IMG/VR virus record: IMGVR_UViG_3300030390_001877
Span: 32,001-96,000 of that record
Length of the DNA: 64,000 bases
Origin: a virus
Reading direction: 5' to 3' (one strand)
The notes beneath the pieces were generated by a model, which worked only from the letters and a program-made list of their open reading frames with translations, did not search any database and had not been told where the DNA came from. Position numbers and translations under genes: made by a program. Numbering within the stretch: position 1 is the stretch's first letter; each line of letters opens with the position of its first letter. Positions 35,755 through 45,816 of the stretch are shown one piece after another.

Positions 35755-37002
35755 CTACTTCTCACTTACCGCCAGATAAGAGTCTGTTTCTGCTGTTAAG
35801 TTAGAACTGTCACTATTATTAGCTATTTGAAGAAACACATAATCATTTATATTCAGTTTAGCAGAGGTTAGTATATTAAAGAAAGCTACATCCCTAGCAC
35901 CTACTAGAGAGTTTACTTGTCTTCTCTGCGATACAATATCTACAAAGGTATTAGCACTGTCATCCCATTTTACCACTTTGAGGGTTAATTGATTATTAGA
36001 AGGACCATCTACAATAGCATCCACATAAATATCAAAATCACGCGGGTTATTACCTAGATTCCTTATTTGACCATTAGAGGGTTCATCACAATGTTGAAAA
36101 TCAGATTGAGTAAATACCCCTGCTAAGTTTTCGAAAGTATTAACACTATTAATTACAGTGGTAGCCTCTGAAGTGATAGCTAATTTACCACCAACAAAGG
36201 TATTAGTTATCCCCTCGCACTTTGTAAAAGAACTCGCTAAATCTTCATTACTGATATTAGGAGTTATATTTGTATCCTCTGGATTAGATAATCCATCACG
36301 GGTTATGATCGCCCCTGAGAGTTGCAGTGTAGAAGGGTTTATAAAATTAGAACTAGAAAAATCTAATAGAGCTGCGCTAGTAGGTAAGTCTACGTTTAAG
36401 TTAGTCCTAAACCTAGAAGCCATAGTAAAACCTACCCCTGCTTTAAATAGTGGTTCTGTCATACCAGCGTCAAGGTTACGTACAATAGATATGTCGAAGA
36501 AAAACCCACCTAACCACTCTCCCGTCAAAGTTAAAGAAGGTCTACCTCCAAAACGTCCAGTACCTACTTCCAACCCTTGACGGTAATTATCTATTTCCCC
36601 TAGGCTACTGCAATCATTGTAGTTTATCTTATAGAATTCAAAAGCATCAAACCCAGTGGCACTTTTTAAGTCGTACACTTTCGAGTTTGATCCTGTAACT
36701 TCTATAGCGTAGTCCGACCCTAAAACATTCCCACTACCTTCCAGAGGTGATGTGAACATAGTATAATTACTTTCACTAGATATTAATTTAGAGGTGTCAA
36801 AAGTATAACCGAGTAGATTAAGACCTCCTGAGGGAACTTCTATACTTTGTGTTCCCATGTCTATGATACCATCTATTAAGTAACTAACTGTGCTATCTAA
36901 AGTGCCTGCTAAATCAGAAGGAGATTCTACACGTTTTAGTTTATTGAAGGATTCCCCTCCACTACCACTACTAGAAACAATATCTTTAAATGAGATGCCC
37001 AT
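35755..37002 (-). CDS. putative virion appendage / structural protein
   Basis: 415 aa, Gly/Ser/Asn/Thr-rich beta-type sequence inside the head-neck module. Confidence 0.5.
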   Translation of the reverse strand: MGISFKDIVSSSGSGGESFNKLKRVESPSDLAGTLDSTVSYLIDGIIDMGTQSIEVPSGGLNLLGYTFDTSKLISSESNYTMFTSPLEGSGNVLGSDYAIEVTGSNSKVYDLKSATGFDAFEFYKINYNDCSSLGEIDNYRQGLEVGTGRFGGRPSLTLTGEWLGGFFFDISIVRNLDAGMTEPLFKAGVGFTMASRFRTNLNVDLPTSAALLDFSSSNFINPSTLQLSGAIITRDGLSNPEDTNITPNISNEDLASSFTKCEGITNTFVGGKLAITSEATTVINSVNTFENLAGVFTQSDFQHCDEPSNGQIRNLGNNPRDFDIYVDAIVDGPSNNQLTLKVVKWDDSANTFVDIVSQRRQVNSLVGARDVAFFNILTSAKLNINDYVFLQIANNSDSSNLTAETDSYLAVSEK

Positions 37003-37003
37003 A

Positions 37004-37297
37004 TTAAAAAGTTCCTATTGCTAAAGTTGATGAACTATCTTCTTTAACGCACTTAACCCAGATTTCTAAACTACCTTCAAGTATTCTTGGCGTACTATTC
37101 GATTCAGTTAGATCTGTTATCACAAAACCTGCAGTAGATGTTGCATCTGGTTTGGTAGAAGATTCTTGTATGCGAATACCTTGTACACCTTTGTTCTGTA
37201 ATTCTAGAGCTGTACCTACGGGTATTGGTGGTGTTGAGGCTGCGTTAAGAGAGATATAATCCTCCCCTGTCACCACTAAGTCATTTAATGTTGCCAT
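37004..37297 (-). CDS. putative structural protein
   Basis: 97 aa, beta-rich. Confidence 0.5.
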   Translation of the reverse strand: MATLNDLVVTGEDYISLNAASTPPIPVGTALELQNKGVQGIRIQESSTKPDATSTAGFVITDLTESNSTPRILEGSLEIWVKCVKEDSSSTLAIGTF

Positions 37298-37323
37298 TAT
37301 GATATTTTCCTATTTTAAAGTTA

Positions 37324-37890
37324 TTACCAGTTTTTCAAATAAATACTTTGATTATAAATGTTTACGTTATCGCCTACCGCTGTTAGGTAAATCTCAACCC
37401 CGTTATCAATACTATTTTGATCAAGGTAAAAGTCTAGATTATTGACCACCCTCTGAGGGGCTGTGCCTTTTACAAGAGGTTTAGAATCTCGGTAGATAGT
37501 TAAATAGTTTGGTATAGTTAAACTAACTTCTATAGCAACACCAGTGGCGTTTGAGGTTGCTTCTGCTACAAACTGTAATCTCACAGAACAGTTGCCAAAG
37601 ATATTCTCTTTGTAAGAGTTGACACGTTGAAAAGTCGTATCCCAAATAGGATATTTTGTAGCACCTATCTGAGGTTGACGTTCAAAGTTAGCGAAGAGGA
37701 GCGGTGTATTGAAAGTTACTTTTTGAGCAACACCTTCTAAGAGAGTTAATTTATTAAGGGGTGTGTATAAACTGTCTTGAAAGTTTTCCCATCCTGCTAG
37801 TTCGAAGTTGGAGAGGGCTGTTGCGTGTACTGATCGTCCTGTTTGATTATCGATTACTTTATTATTAAGTAAATTTGTATTAGTAGACAT
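37324..37890 (-). CDS. putative structural protein
   Basis: 188 aa, jelly-roll-like composition. Confidence 0.5.
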   Translation of the reverse strand: MSTNTNLLNNKVIDNQTGRSVHATALSNFELAGWENFQDSLYTPLNKLTLLEGVAQKVTFNTPLLFANFERQPQIGATKYPIWDTTFQRVNSYKENIFGNCSVRLQFVAEATSNATGVAIEVSLTIPNYLTIYRDSKPLVKGTAPQRVVNNLDFYLDQNSIDNGVEIYLTAVGDNVNIYNQSIYLKNW

Positions 37891-37900
37891 AAAGATTCCT

Positions 37901-38401
37901 TTAAAATTTGAAACCTACATAAGATTTGTCTTTTCTTTCGTCTGGCGTTCTCGGACTATAAGGAGATTTATCTTTGTAAGCTGTGTTACTATCTGGATTA
38001 TTTCGGATTCTCTCTACCTCTGAAACACTTGTACCATTTATAATAAAACCTGACTTAGGTGATTTCTTTAAAACATCTCTGCAAGATGGTAACGCTGCTG
38101 TAGGGTTATCTAAGAAAATATCATAAGCATTCTCCCAATCAACACCCTTGTTATAATTATTAGCGGAGACAGTAACCCCACCTATCTTTTCACTATAACT
38201 ACCTCCACCACTACCATCTACAGCAGAGGATTTTATTAACCATTCATACAAACTTGCAATAGTATTGTATATAGCCAAACAAGTGTTATCTGGGTAAACA
38301 ATTAACCATTCTGTTAGGTAGTGGTTAATAACGTTCTCAGGAATATCCCCTGACTCTAACCCCATTGCGAATAGTATTTTTGTTATTAATTCTTCGTTCA
38401 T
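37901..38401 (-). CDS. head-tail connector protein
   Basis: EKIGGVTVS motif; follows the major capsid gene. Confidence 0.7.
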   Translation of the reverse strand: MNEELITKILFAMGLESGDIPENVINHYLTEWLIVYPDNTCLAIYNTIASLYEWLIKSSAVDGSGGGSYSEKIGGVTVSANNYNKGVDWENAYDIFLDNPTAALPSCRDVLKKSPKSGFIINGTSVSEVERIRNNPDSNTAYKDKSPYSPRTPDERKDKSYVGFKF

Positions 38402-38428
38402 TTAGGTGTTCCTTTTTATTCAGGCAAT

Positions 38429-38460
38429 AAAAAAGCCCCACCCGAAAGTGGGTAGGGCTT
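38429..38460 (-). terminator. intrinsic terminator after major capsid gene
   Basis: AAGCCCTACCCAC-TTTCG-GGTGGGGCTTTTTT. Confidence 0.85.
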
Positions 38461-38481
38461 AATATTATTACTTACACCATA

Positions 38482-39528
38482 TTAAGTAAGTTGGATAATT
38501 GCTTCTGGTTTAGTTGCAAAATATAGCTTTTTAGCTTGAATCTCAAGAGTATGAGATTCATCATCATCAGAAGTACGTTCGAAAGCAAACATCTCTTGTC
38601 CGCCTTTATTAGCGTAAGAAAGTTTTGAAGCTGGTCCGAAGTAACCGCGAAGAAGATCACGGCCACCACGAGGTAATGCGATACCTTGACCTGCACCTAG
38701 TACTGTAACCTCTGTACCATCTGCTTCTAGGAAAGTAGGGTTATACGCTAAGAAACGTACACCACGATGTTCGAAGAAGTCTGTAACACCCCAAGAGTAG
38801 TATGCACTTAGGTCGTCACGAAGAAGTTGCTTACCAGAGTTTTGGTATTGGTTGTAAACTTCACGGAATTTAGGGTTAGCAATGATTTCGTCAAATAGAG
38901 CGTAATCTAACCAGAAGTCAACACCTTGGATAGCTGCACCAGATTTAATACCACCAGAGATTTTACGTTTAACTTCTGCAATTTTAGCATCTAAGTCTAC
39001 AGAAGCATTACCAGTGTCTAAGTCTACAGTGTAATCCGCAGCTTTATTAAGGCTATATACTGAATACATATCTGTAGCACCTGCAACAGCACCTGTAGGT
39101 AGATCACCTTTCATAGCTTTGAAACGTAAGTATTCATCACGTTGGTCATGTGCTAGACGTAAGTCTTCAAGCTTAGTAGAACGTACATTAGCAAGAGTTT
39201 CAGCAGAATCTGCTTCACCAGCCATACGTTGACCTTGGATATCATATACGTCAATATAATCCATCTCTTTGTAGAACTTCAACAGCATTGCATATTGGTC
39301 TACTTCACGGTCTTTACCAACGCCGTGTACTTTAGACTGAGCACCACCTTCTGACATCATATTAATTTGATTTTTAATACGGTCAAAGATGATAGAATCT
39401 TGAGAAGTAGTAGTAGTGTTGAATAAGCCTTGTGAGCGGATAAAACCAAACTGGTTATCAATAACGTTTACGGCGTTAGTCCAGTCGATAATACCATTAA
39501 TGTTTGAAGGATCGTGAGTTAATGCCAT
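38482..39528 (-). CDS. major capsid protein (gpE/HK97 fold)
   Basis: 348 aa after protease and decoration genes; E.LR..A.KG; FGPA.K..YAN motif. Confidence 0.9.
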   Translation of the reverse strand: MALTHDPSNINGIIDWTNAVNVIDNQFGFIRSQGLFNTTTTSQDSIIFDRIKNQINMMSEGGAQSKVHGVGKDREVDQYAMLLKFYKEMDYIDVYDIQGQRMAGEADSAETLANVRSTKLEDLRLAHDQRDEYLRFKAMKGDLPTGAVAGATDMYSVYSLNKAADYTVDLDTGNASVDLDAKIAEVKRKISGGIKSGAAIQGVDFWLDYALFDEIIANPKFREVYNQYQNSGKQLLRDDLSAYYSWGVTDFFEHRGVRFLAYNPTFLEADGTEVTVLGAGQGIALPRGGRDLLRGYFGPASKLSYANKGGQEMFAFERTSDDDESHTLEIQAKKLYFATKPEAIIQLT

Positions 39529-39544
39529 TTTTTATTATTCCTTA

Positions 39545-39949
39545 TTATACTTGAGCTAATACTTGGATACCAGCATTAGCTAGTAATGCATCGTACACTG
39601 CTTGTTTCTCTACATCTGTATCTACATCAGTAGCGAAAGATAGTGATTTATCTGCCACTTGAGAAGGACCAGCCATTAATACTGTCATTTCAAAGTCACC
39701 ACCAACAGTAGTGTCGTCGTTAGCTAGAGTGTCGATTAAAACAGCATTAGCATTAGCAGTTGTTGCAACAGCAACTAGAATGTACTTACCAGCAACAGAA
39801 GTTGATTCTAATACAGCACCAATTTCCAAACCCTCTGCAGGAACAGTTACAACCACTTTACGGCGTGTATAACCTGTTGCAGGAGCGTATTCATGTTTAA
39901 GAACGTCACCAACTTTAGTAGGACGACTTGCAATAAGACCTGTAGCCAT
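39545..39949 (-). CDS. head decoration protein
   Basis: 134 aa, gpD-like position; GDVLKHE...GYTR. Confidence 0.85.
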   Translation of the reverse strand: MATGLIASRPTKVGDVLKHEYAPATGYTRRKVVVTVPAEGLEIGAVLESTSVAGKYILVAVATTANANAVLIDTLANDDTTVGGDFEMTVLMAGPSQVADKSLSFATDVDTDVEKQAVYDALLANAGIQVLAQV

Positions 39950-39973
39950 TATTATTTTTCCTTATTTATTTTA

Positions 39974-41431
39974 TTAAGAGTTTTTCTTGTGACGAGCTAA
40001 TAACTTTGCCATAACAGCGTCTTGGTCTTTAGCAGTACTTGTTGGTTCAACTTCTGCTTCTGCATCAGCACCAATTTCTTCACCAAAAGAAGTTTTAAGT
40101 TCTTCTACTTTAGTGTTCATTTCTGCTTGCAATGCTTCTTTTTCTGAGTTAAACTCTTCCATCTTAGTAGATAAAGTTTTCTCTAATTCAGATACACTTG
40201 CAGATGCTTGCGAGATTAAACCGCTAACTAATTCTTTGTGAACTGTATCAACGTTAGAAGCTAGTAAGAATTCTAAAACATCTTCTTGAGAATCTTTAAG
40301 GAAAGCATGTTTCGATAATTCTTTATTAAGAGACTCTTTGTGAGCTAATGCTTCTTTCTTTTCGTACTCTGCAACTTTACTAGCTAATAGTTCTTTTTCT
40401 TCTTTCTCAGCTTGTAAACTTGCTAATACTTCTTCTTGTGCAGCTAACTTAGCTTGTAATGCGCTAAGTTCTGTCTGGTCAACTGTAGGAGTTGCCTGAG
40501 CTTCTTTAGACATAGATTGTTCCTCTGTTGTCATATTTAAAGTTTCAACTCCTGACGGAGAATTACTATTTTTACCTTTCGGCTTTATTCCCAAGTATTC
40601 TTGGAATTCATCTTCTTCCATTATCTTATCGATAAAACCAATCGCTAAAGCCTTTTCAGCTTTCATAACCTTAGCTTGGGTATCAATAACAGTCTGAACG
40701 TCAATGTTTCTCATAGATGCAACGTGGGAAGTAAATTTTTCATAAAGTGTATCTACACTCTCTTGGATATCTGAAAGGAAACCTTCTCGGAAAGAACCAT
40801 CCTTATCATAAGGAACCTTCTCACTACCTGCTGTAATGAATGTTCTCTCAAAGCCTTCCTTTTCTAGGTGCTTACTGTCATTCATAAGAGAAACAACAAC
40901 ACCAACACTACCTACCTCTGCTTCAGGATTAACAACTATCTCGTGACAAGCACTTAATAAACCGTAACCTGCGCTGGCAGCCATACCATCCACGTATCCA
41001 ATCATCTTGATATTATTCTTATCTGCCAATTCACGGAGTTTATTAGCAGAGTACATCATACGGTAGGCTTGCCCGCCACCTGAATTGACTTTCATAAGAA
41101 CAGTAGAAACACCTTTTTCAACAAGTTCTTCCATATCTTCGATTAAACCTACGTAGCTGCAACCGCCGCACATAGCTTCCCAACCTGTTTTCTTATAAGT
41201 AGTAGGACCTTCTACACGAAGGGTTCCTATACCGTTAGATAACAAAGTAGTTTCTTCATCAGATATGAAATCATCTTGGTCATCATCAAAGAAAGCTTCT
41301 TTTGCGTATGAGTGTAGTAATTCTCTGTTATCAAGAACTTCTGCAATCTCACGAGCTTTTTCTTCGATGATGAATTGAGGTTTTTCTAGGAGTGATTTAG
41401 ATAGACGAGGAAGTTTATGTTTCTTAGACAT
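39974..41431 (-). CDS. S49 prohead protease with C-terminal scaffold
   Basis: NSGGG, GMAASAGY, GSVGV, TAG..K motifs; coiled-coil C-terminal half. Confidence 0.92.
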   Translation of the reverse strand: MSKKHKLPRLSKSLLEKPQFIIEEKAREIAEVLDNRELLHSYAKEAFFDDDQDDFISDEETTLLSNGIGTLRVEGPTTYKKTGWEAMCGGCSYVGLIEDMEELVEKGVSTVLMKVNSGGGQAYRMMYSANKLRELADKNNIKMIGYVDGMAASAGYGLLSACHEIVVNPEAEVGSVGVVVSLMNDSKHLEKEGFERTFITAGSEKVPYDKDGSFREGFLSDIQESVDTLYEKFTSHVASMRNIDVQTVIDTQAKVMKAEKALAIGFIDKIMEEDEFQEYLGIKPKGKNSNSPSGVETLNMTTEEQSMSKEAQATPTVDQTELSALQAKLAAQEEVLASLQAEKEEKELLASKVAEYEKKEALAHKESLNKELSKHAFLKDSQEDVLEFLLASNVDTVHKELVSGLISQASASVSELEKTLSTKMEEFNSEKEALQAEMNTKVEELKTSFGEEIGADAEAEVEPTSTAKDQDAVMAKLLARHKKNS

Positions 41432-41462
41432 ATTCTTTCCTTCTTTCCATACTATATGTTAT

Positions 41463-41490
41463 ATTATAACACGTTTTTAAAATTATGCAA
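41463..41490 (-). promoter_or_regulatory. sigma70-like promoter for head genes
   Basis: TTGCAT-N16-TATAAT with TGn. Confidence 0.7.
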
Positions 41491-41493
41491 CCC

Positions 41494-43035
41494 TTACGCA
41501 TTTTCTGTATTTGTTGCACTATTTGAACCGCCTTGCTGGGAATTTCCAGTTCCACTAGATCCAAGCCCCTCTCCTGATTTTGAGTCTCCTTTGTCACCCA
41601 TTTCTAAGTATTCAAGGAGTTCTTCTTGAGAAAGATCTTCCATATGTTCTGTATCGAATCCCATCATTTCGTGCATACGAATAATATTTTCTTTTGTAAG
41701 AGCAATACCTTTAACAGACTTACCACGCTGGATAAGTTTACCTGCTTCATCATAACTAATCTTATCGATATCACCAGCTACAATTCTAGGCATATCCTCT
41801 GGAGATAGGTTAAAGTCGTTCATAACGTTAATTAACTCTGGGATGAGGTCTTTGTTCAATACATCTTCGATGACTTTGATATCAGACTTAATGTAGTGCA
41901 TGTGAATAGCGTTCTTAACTTCTGCACTGTTGTAACTAACACTACCTTCACCTGTGAGTGTATGTCCTGCACCCCATATATCAAATATAGCCTTCCTACG
42001 CTTCTGTATCATCTCCATAGGGTTGAACTGCCTACCACCACCCTCTAGGCCAACTAACCTTGTAGAGTACTCAGGAACAGTACTAGAACCCTCTTGCAAG
42101 TCACTTGGACGGATGATTGAACTTTGGTCACCATTGTGGATGTTAGCTGCTTGAGATATTAATGACTGAACCATATAATACTCATCACTAGTTGGGTCAG
42201 AAGCCGCCTTATCAAGTATATCACTTGGAATAGCTAACTCTATTATACCAGCTAAATCTTTACTAGCGCCATTAACTTCTAAGTCTTCTAATAGGATCTT
42301 TTCTTTCCAAGCTTTATAGCATGCTTTAAGAAGAGGATTACCAAAAGGTGTACTGTCAGTAGCGTTCTCTCCAAACAACATAAACTTCTTACGGGGGATA
42401 CGTTTATAACCTTCACCTGTTAAGTCTGTCGGAGAGATGAAAAAGTTATTAGAGGTTTTATTTTGAAAGAATTGATTATCTTGGCGTAAAGCAATAATAC
42501 GCCTACCACCTGCATAAATTTCAAAAGGAGTAGACTTATCTAAACTTAGTTGAGGTCTGTTGGCTATATCACTAACACGATACATACCTTCCCACTCACC
42601 TCTCTCAACTTTCCTATAAACCTTCTCTGCAATACTAAAACCTTTCTCCTTAAAAGTTTCTATATTACGTATAACCTGCATGTAAGTATTACTGTCTAGA
42701 GTATTTAAACTCCATTGCAAGAACCTAGCAGCTTTTACACTATCAGGGTTGTTCTTATTATATTTAATTTTCTGATTAGCGAATGCCGACTCTATCAAAT
42801 TATAAGTTAATTTAATAACAGTAGCTATTGCATCGTCATTTTTCATAGCCTCGAAAGTTTTCATACTCTGAGGCCATTGTAGCTCGTAAGGTTGTAATCT
42901 ATTAACAATATCTTGGTAAAAAGCAATACCAGATGTACCTACACCTCTTCGTGGAGTAACAGGTTTCTTAGGAGAAGTATCACTACCTTCATTGTTATTT
43001 ACATTCCCACGAGAAGCGTTTCTTTTCTTAGCCAA
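41494..43035 (-). CDS. portal protein
   Basis: 513 aa; GFSIAEKVYR, RPQLSL, PFG.PLL..CY.AWKEK; between terL and protease. Confidence 0.9.
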   Translation of the reverse strand: MAKKRNASRGNVNNNEGSDTSPKKPVTPRRGVGTSGIAFYQDIVNRLQPYELQWPQSMKTFEAMKNDDAIATVIKLTYNLIESAFANQKIKYNKNNPDSVKAARFLQWSLNTLDSNTYMQVIRNIETFKEKGFSIAEKVYRKVERGEWEGMYRVSDIANRPQLSLDKSTPFEIYAGGRRIIALRQDNQFFQNKTSNNFFISPTDLTGEGYKRIPRKKFMLFGENATDSTPFGNPLLKACYKAWKEKILLEDLEVNGASKDLAGIIELAIPSDILDKAASDPTSDEYYMVQSLISQAANIHNGDQSSIIRPSDLQEGSSTVPEYSTRLVGLEGGGRQFNPMEMIQKRRKAIFDIWGAGHTLTGEGSVSYNSAEVKNAIHMHYIKSDIKVIEDVLNKDLIPELINVMNDFNLSPEDMPRIVAGDIDKISYDEAGKLIQRGKSVKGIALTKENIIRMHEMMGFDTEHMEDLSQEELLEYLEMGDKGDSKSGEGLGSSGTGNSQQGGSNSATNTENA

Positions 43036-43061
43036 GATAACATCTCCTTACAGTGTACGTT

Positions 43062-43619
43062 CTAAGATAAAGCTTCTTTCAACTCTTTAATCATGTTGGG
43101 GAATGACTTAGTTTTAGTAAGTTCAACACCATAGTTTTCAGAACAATAATCTTTTAAAGCAGACTTACTTCCTGACTTATCATCTTCATTATAAAGAGAG
43201 TTCAGGTAATCATAATCCACTTCTGGAACAGCATCTTCTAAAACTTCTTCTGGAGATACATCCTCTTCTAGGACTACCTCTGCTGATACTACTTCTTCAA
43301 CAAGAACCTTGACAGGTGTTTCCAATTCCAAAGGATCTTTCAGATAAAGATAATAACTTGAAAGGTTGACATGACTTTTAGAAAGATCTACACTTACACC
43401 ATATTCTTCTTCTAAGGTACTGAATAAGTTGTACCAAGCGTGATACTGCTTAAAAGATTTATCTTCGTGTTGAATAACATATTGTGGTGAGAAAAGTGTT
43501 TTATTTACATCGATTGTATTTTTTGTTTGAAGAAGTGCTAAAGTTTTGATAAACTCGTGATAAGAATAACAAGATACTTTATATAAGTCTTCATCATAAA
43601 AATAGGGTTGTTTTTCCAT
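43062..43619 (-). CDS. hypothetical protein with acidic linker and small C-terminal helical domain
   Basis: 185 aa; own promoter. Confidence 0.7.
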   Translation of the reverse strand: MEKQPYFYDEDLYKVSCYSYHEFIKTLALLQTKNTIDVNKTLFSPQYVIQHEDKSFKQYHAWYNLFSTLEEEYGVSVDLSKSHVNLSSYYLYLKDPLELETPVKVLVEEVVSAEVVLEEDVSPEEVLEDAVPEVDYDYLNSLYNEDDKSGSKSALKDYCSENYGVELTKTKSFPNMIKELKEALS

Positions 43620-43689
43620 AAGGATTCCTATTATAAAAGAGAGATGCCTGAATAGACACCTCTGAATGATTTTCCATACTATAGATAGT

Positions 43690-43718
43690 ATTCTACCACA
43701 GTTTTATACTTTTGGCAA
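43690..43718 (-). promoter_or_regulatory. sigma70-like promoter
   Basis: TTGCCA-N17-TAGAAT with TGn. Confidence 0.7.
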
Positions 43719-43728
43719 GAGTCCTCTT

Positions 43729-44871
43729 TTAAAACAAACGTTTTGAAGATTGTTTGCCCATAGAGGATTTCATCTTAGAGTATTGTGTGTTGCCCGAGGA
43801 TAATTGTGGGATGGCTACTGCTTTGTGGATTTTGGAAGCGCTGAGGTAATTAAAAGCTGAAGCTACTGTATCTCCGAAATCATCCTTTTTAGTTGTAGTG
43901 GATCTTTCTCCATCAAAACCTTCAAGTTGTTTCATTATGTAATTATAAGTTTTCTCTGAGAAAGTATTCTTAGCTATTTTAATAAGTCCATTCTCTGCTG
44001 CTGTTGCGAAGGGGAGAAATTTAGTTAGCTTATTTTTATTGATAGGGCAAGGGTCTTTCTTGAAAATAAAACCGTGTTCATTGAAGAATTTAGCTTGTTG
44101 ATTCCAAAGAGATTTTCCTGCGGCAGCAGGGTCCTGAGGCGCTACGATGTAAACTTCATCACCGTCATACTCTGCCTGTTTAATCATTGTATTATCCCTA
44201 TCACCAGACCTCTTATATATCGCCCCTTGTATATCATCTACTTCATCGTAAAAATCTTCATGATATTCACCTGCTAAAACATAATAACCGTCATGAGTCT
44301 TATACATCTTGATACAAGTTGTTGGATCAGGGTTTTTCTGCGAAGTTGTCCTTTCGGAAGCCCCGAAATCGTAAGCCCTAACAGCAAAAGCTTTAGAAGG
44401 TATCTTATCTATTTCCTGTAACCACTCCCTCTTAAAATACTTAGTCCCGAAAGCCATTTCAGCCCAACAACCGTGTAGTAGTTGTGCCCTGTCAATATCA
44501 TTAAGACCTTCTAAGAATGCGAGGTAGGATGGATTAATTTCCATCATGATCGGATTGTCGTATATAGTACCACTAACAAAAGAAAAGGATAGTATCTTAC
44601 CTTCCCATCTTTCCTTAGGAATTTCCAATCTAGTACCTAACTCTTCTCGTGAATTACCCCATATATACTCACCTGCTTCTTGTACAAAGTATCTGACTAC
44701 TCCATCTTTTTCTGGGTCAGGAAAACCTTCATCATCTAAGTACCATGAGATCATATCCTTTATCTCGTGCGAAGGAGAAGGGTTACAACTTATTACCATT
44801 CTTGAGAAGTGTTTAGAAGGGGATCTTAGTCGGGACATGAAGTACTCTATCTGTTCCCATTCGAATTGTGT
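43729..44871 (-). CDS. terL: terminase large subunit, exon 3
   Basis: Begins TQFEWEQIEY; coupling motif SCNP; nuclease motifs RAYDFG and KDDFGD. Confidence 0.92.
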   Translation of the reverse strand, partial: TQFEWEQIEYFMSRLRSPSKHFSRMVISCNPSPSHEIKDMISWYLDDEGFPDPEKDGVVRYFVQEAGEYIWGNSREELGTRLEIPKERWEGKILSFSFVSGTIYDNPIMMEINPSYLAFLEGLNDIDRAQLLHGCWAEMAFGTKYFKREWLQEIDKIPSKAFAVRAYDFGASERTTSQKNPDPTTCIKMYKTHDGYYVLAGEYHEDFYDEVDDIQGAIYKRSGDRDNTMIKQAEYDGDEVYIVAPQDPAAAGKSLWNQQAKFFNEHGFIFKKDPCPINKNKLTKFLPFATAAENGLIKIAKNTFSEKTYNYIMKQLEGFDGERSTTTKKDDFGDTVASAFNYLSASKIHKAVAIPQLSSGNTQYSKMKSSMGKQSSKRLF

Positions 44872-45156
44872 CTATTGTTGTTCAAAGAAGTTCGTTACTC
44901 TTCTTCCGTCTATAAAGACTGCCTTATATCACTATAAGAGTTCAGACTATATCATCATCTACGTGAGATGCTGTGCGCTTCCACCCACTTAGGTGTACAG
45001 GTTTCATAATCCTTTCTAAAGGATCGTTTACCTTAGTCGTTGCACCTTCAAACTGATTACTCAGTAAGCTTGGCTCAGAATTGTCTTTCGTAAAAGAGTT
45101 TCTCTGAATTCACACAGTTATCGATATGTATCGCTACATAAAGGGGCACACTGTTT
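44872..45156 (-). mobile_element. group I intron, ORF-less (285 nt), after terL Walker B
   Basis: P1 GGGU/GCCC; P10 ACAC/GUGU; P7 ACGACUA/UAGUCU; terminal G at 44872; restores IDEG|TQF. Confidence 0.92.
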
Positions 45157-45459
45157 ACCCTCATCTATACCAACAAATGTAAACTCTTGTCCCTGAGCAT
45201 CCATCTTTGACCTAGCTACGTTCTCTGCTTGCTGGTATTTTATTTTAGCACCATTAGGAAATACTACTTCCATCTTATGATCTCTTATTGCCTTAGGTTC
45301 AGAACCTTTAGGCATCTGTTCGTAAATTGCTCTGGCGTTAGGCCAAAGTCCCCCTAATAACTGCGGGTTTGTTCTACGGTACATGATGCAGTTTGTCTTA
45401 CCGTCATCTAAAAGCATTAGAGGGAGGTGATTTAGTATGGTACTTTTCCCAGATCCTGC
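45157..45459 (-). CDS. terL: terminase large subunit, exon 2
   Basis: AGSGKS ... FVGIDEG (Walker A 3' half to Walker B), 101 codons. Confidence 0.92.
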
Positions 45460-45708
45460 CAATAAATCTCTCTGGGACAGTTTCGAGTTCGTTACACTCT
45501 TCCACAGTTTCCTGTGTTGTCGGATCATATCTTCTACTTATAAAAGTAGCCCTACGTTTCGAATTCACTTGAATCCTACTCTCAAAATGAGATGACCTCT
45601 ACACCCATGAATTTAATCATTCGGCTCGGTATTGGCATATGATATAACATATCACTTAGCTTCCACCGAATTAGCAGGGGAGTTTATGGTGTGACCACAG
45701 GAATTTTA
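45460..45708 (-). mobile_element. group I intron, ORF-less (249 nt), in terL Walker A
   Basis: P1 GGCU/GGUC; P10 GCAGGA/UCCUGU; P7 variant GAGGUCA/UGAUCC; terminal G at 45460; restores IGGA|AGSGKS. Confidence 0.9.
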
Positions 45709-45816
45709 AGCCCCACCTATTACTAGTATTTGAGTATCAGAAGCTCTTTTCAACATAAGAGCTTGCTTCTTACTTGCAGGAGAGAAAAAGGGTTTCTTTC
45801 CTTTCTGTTTTGTCAT
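45709..45816 (-). CDS. terL: terminase large subunit, exon 1 (spliced product 517 aa)
   Basis: MTKQKGKKPFFSPASKKQ...ILVIGGA, 36 codons; ATG overlaps the HNH stop; missed by the ORF track. Confidence 0.9.

Noticed and set aside
45460-45528. ORF-track N-termini MIRQHRK... (terL), MILLALL (TMP) and C-termini KYCAF, IDDYCLAA, KQCAPL...
   Set aside because: These are read-through into intron sequence, not protein.
43729-45816. terL, pol and tape measure fragments as pseudogenes or assembly frameshifts
   Set aside because: Each gap has group I P1/P7/omega-G features, and precise removal restores conserved catalytic motifs in frame.
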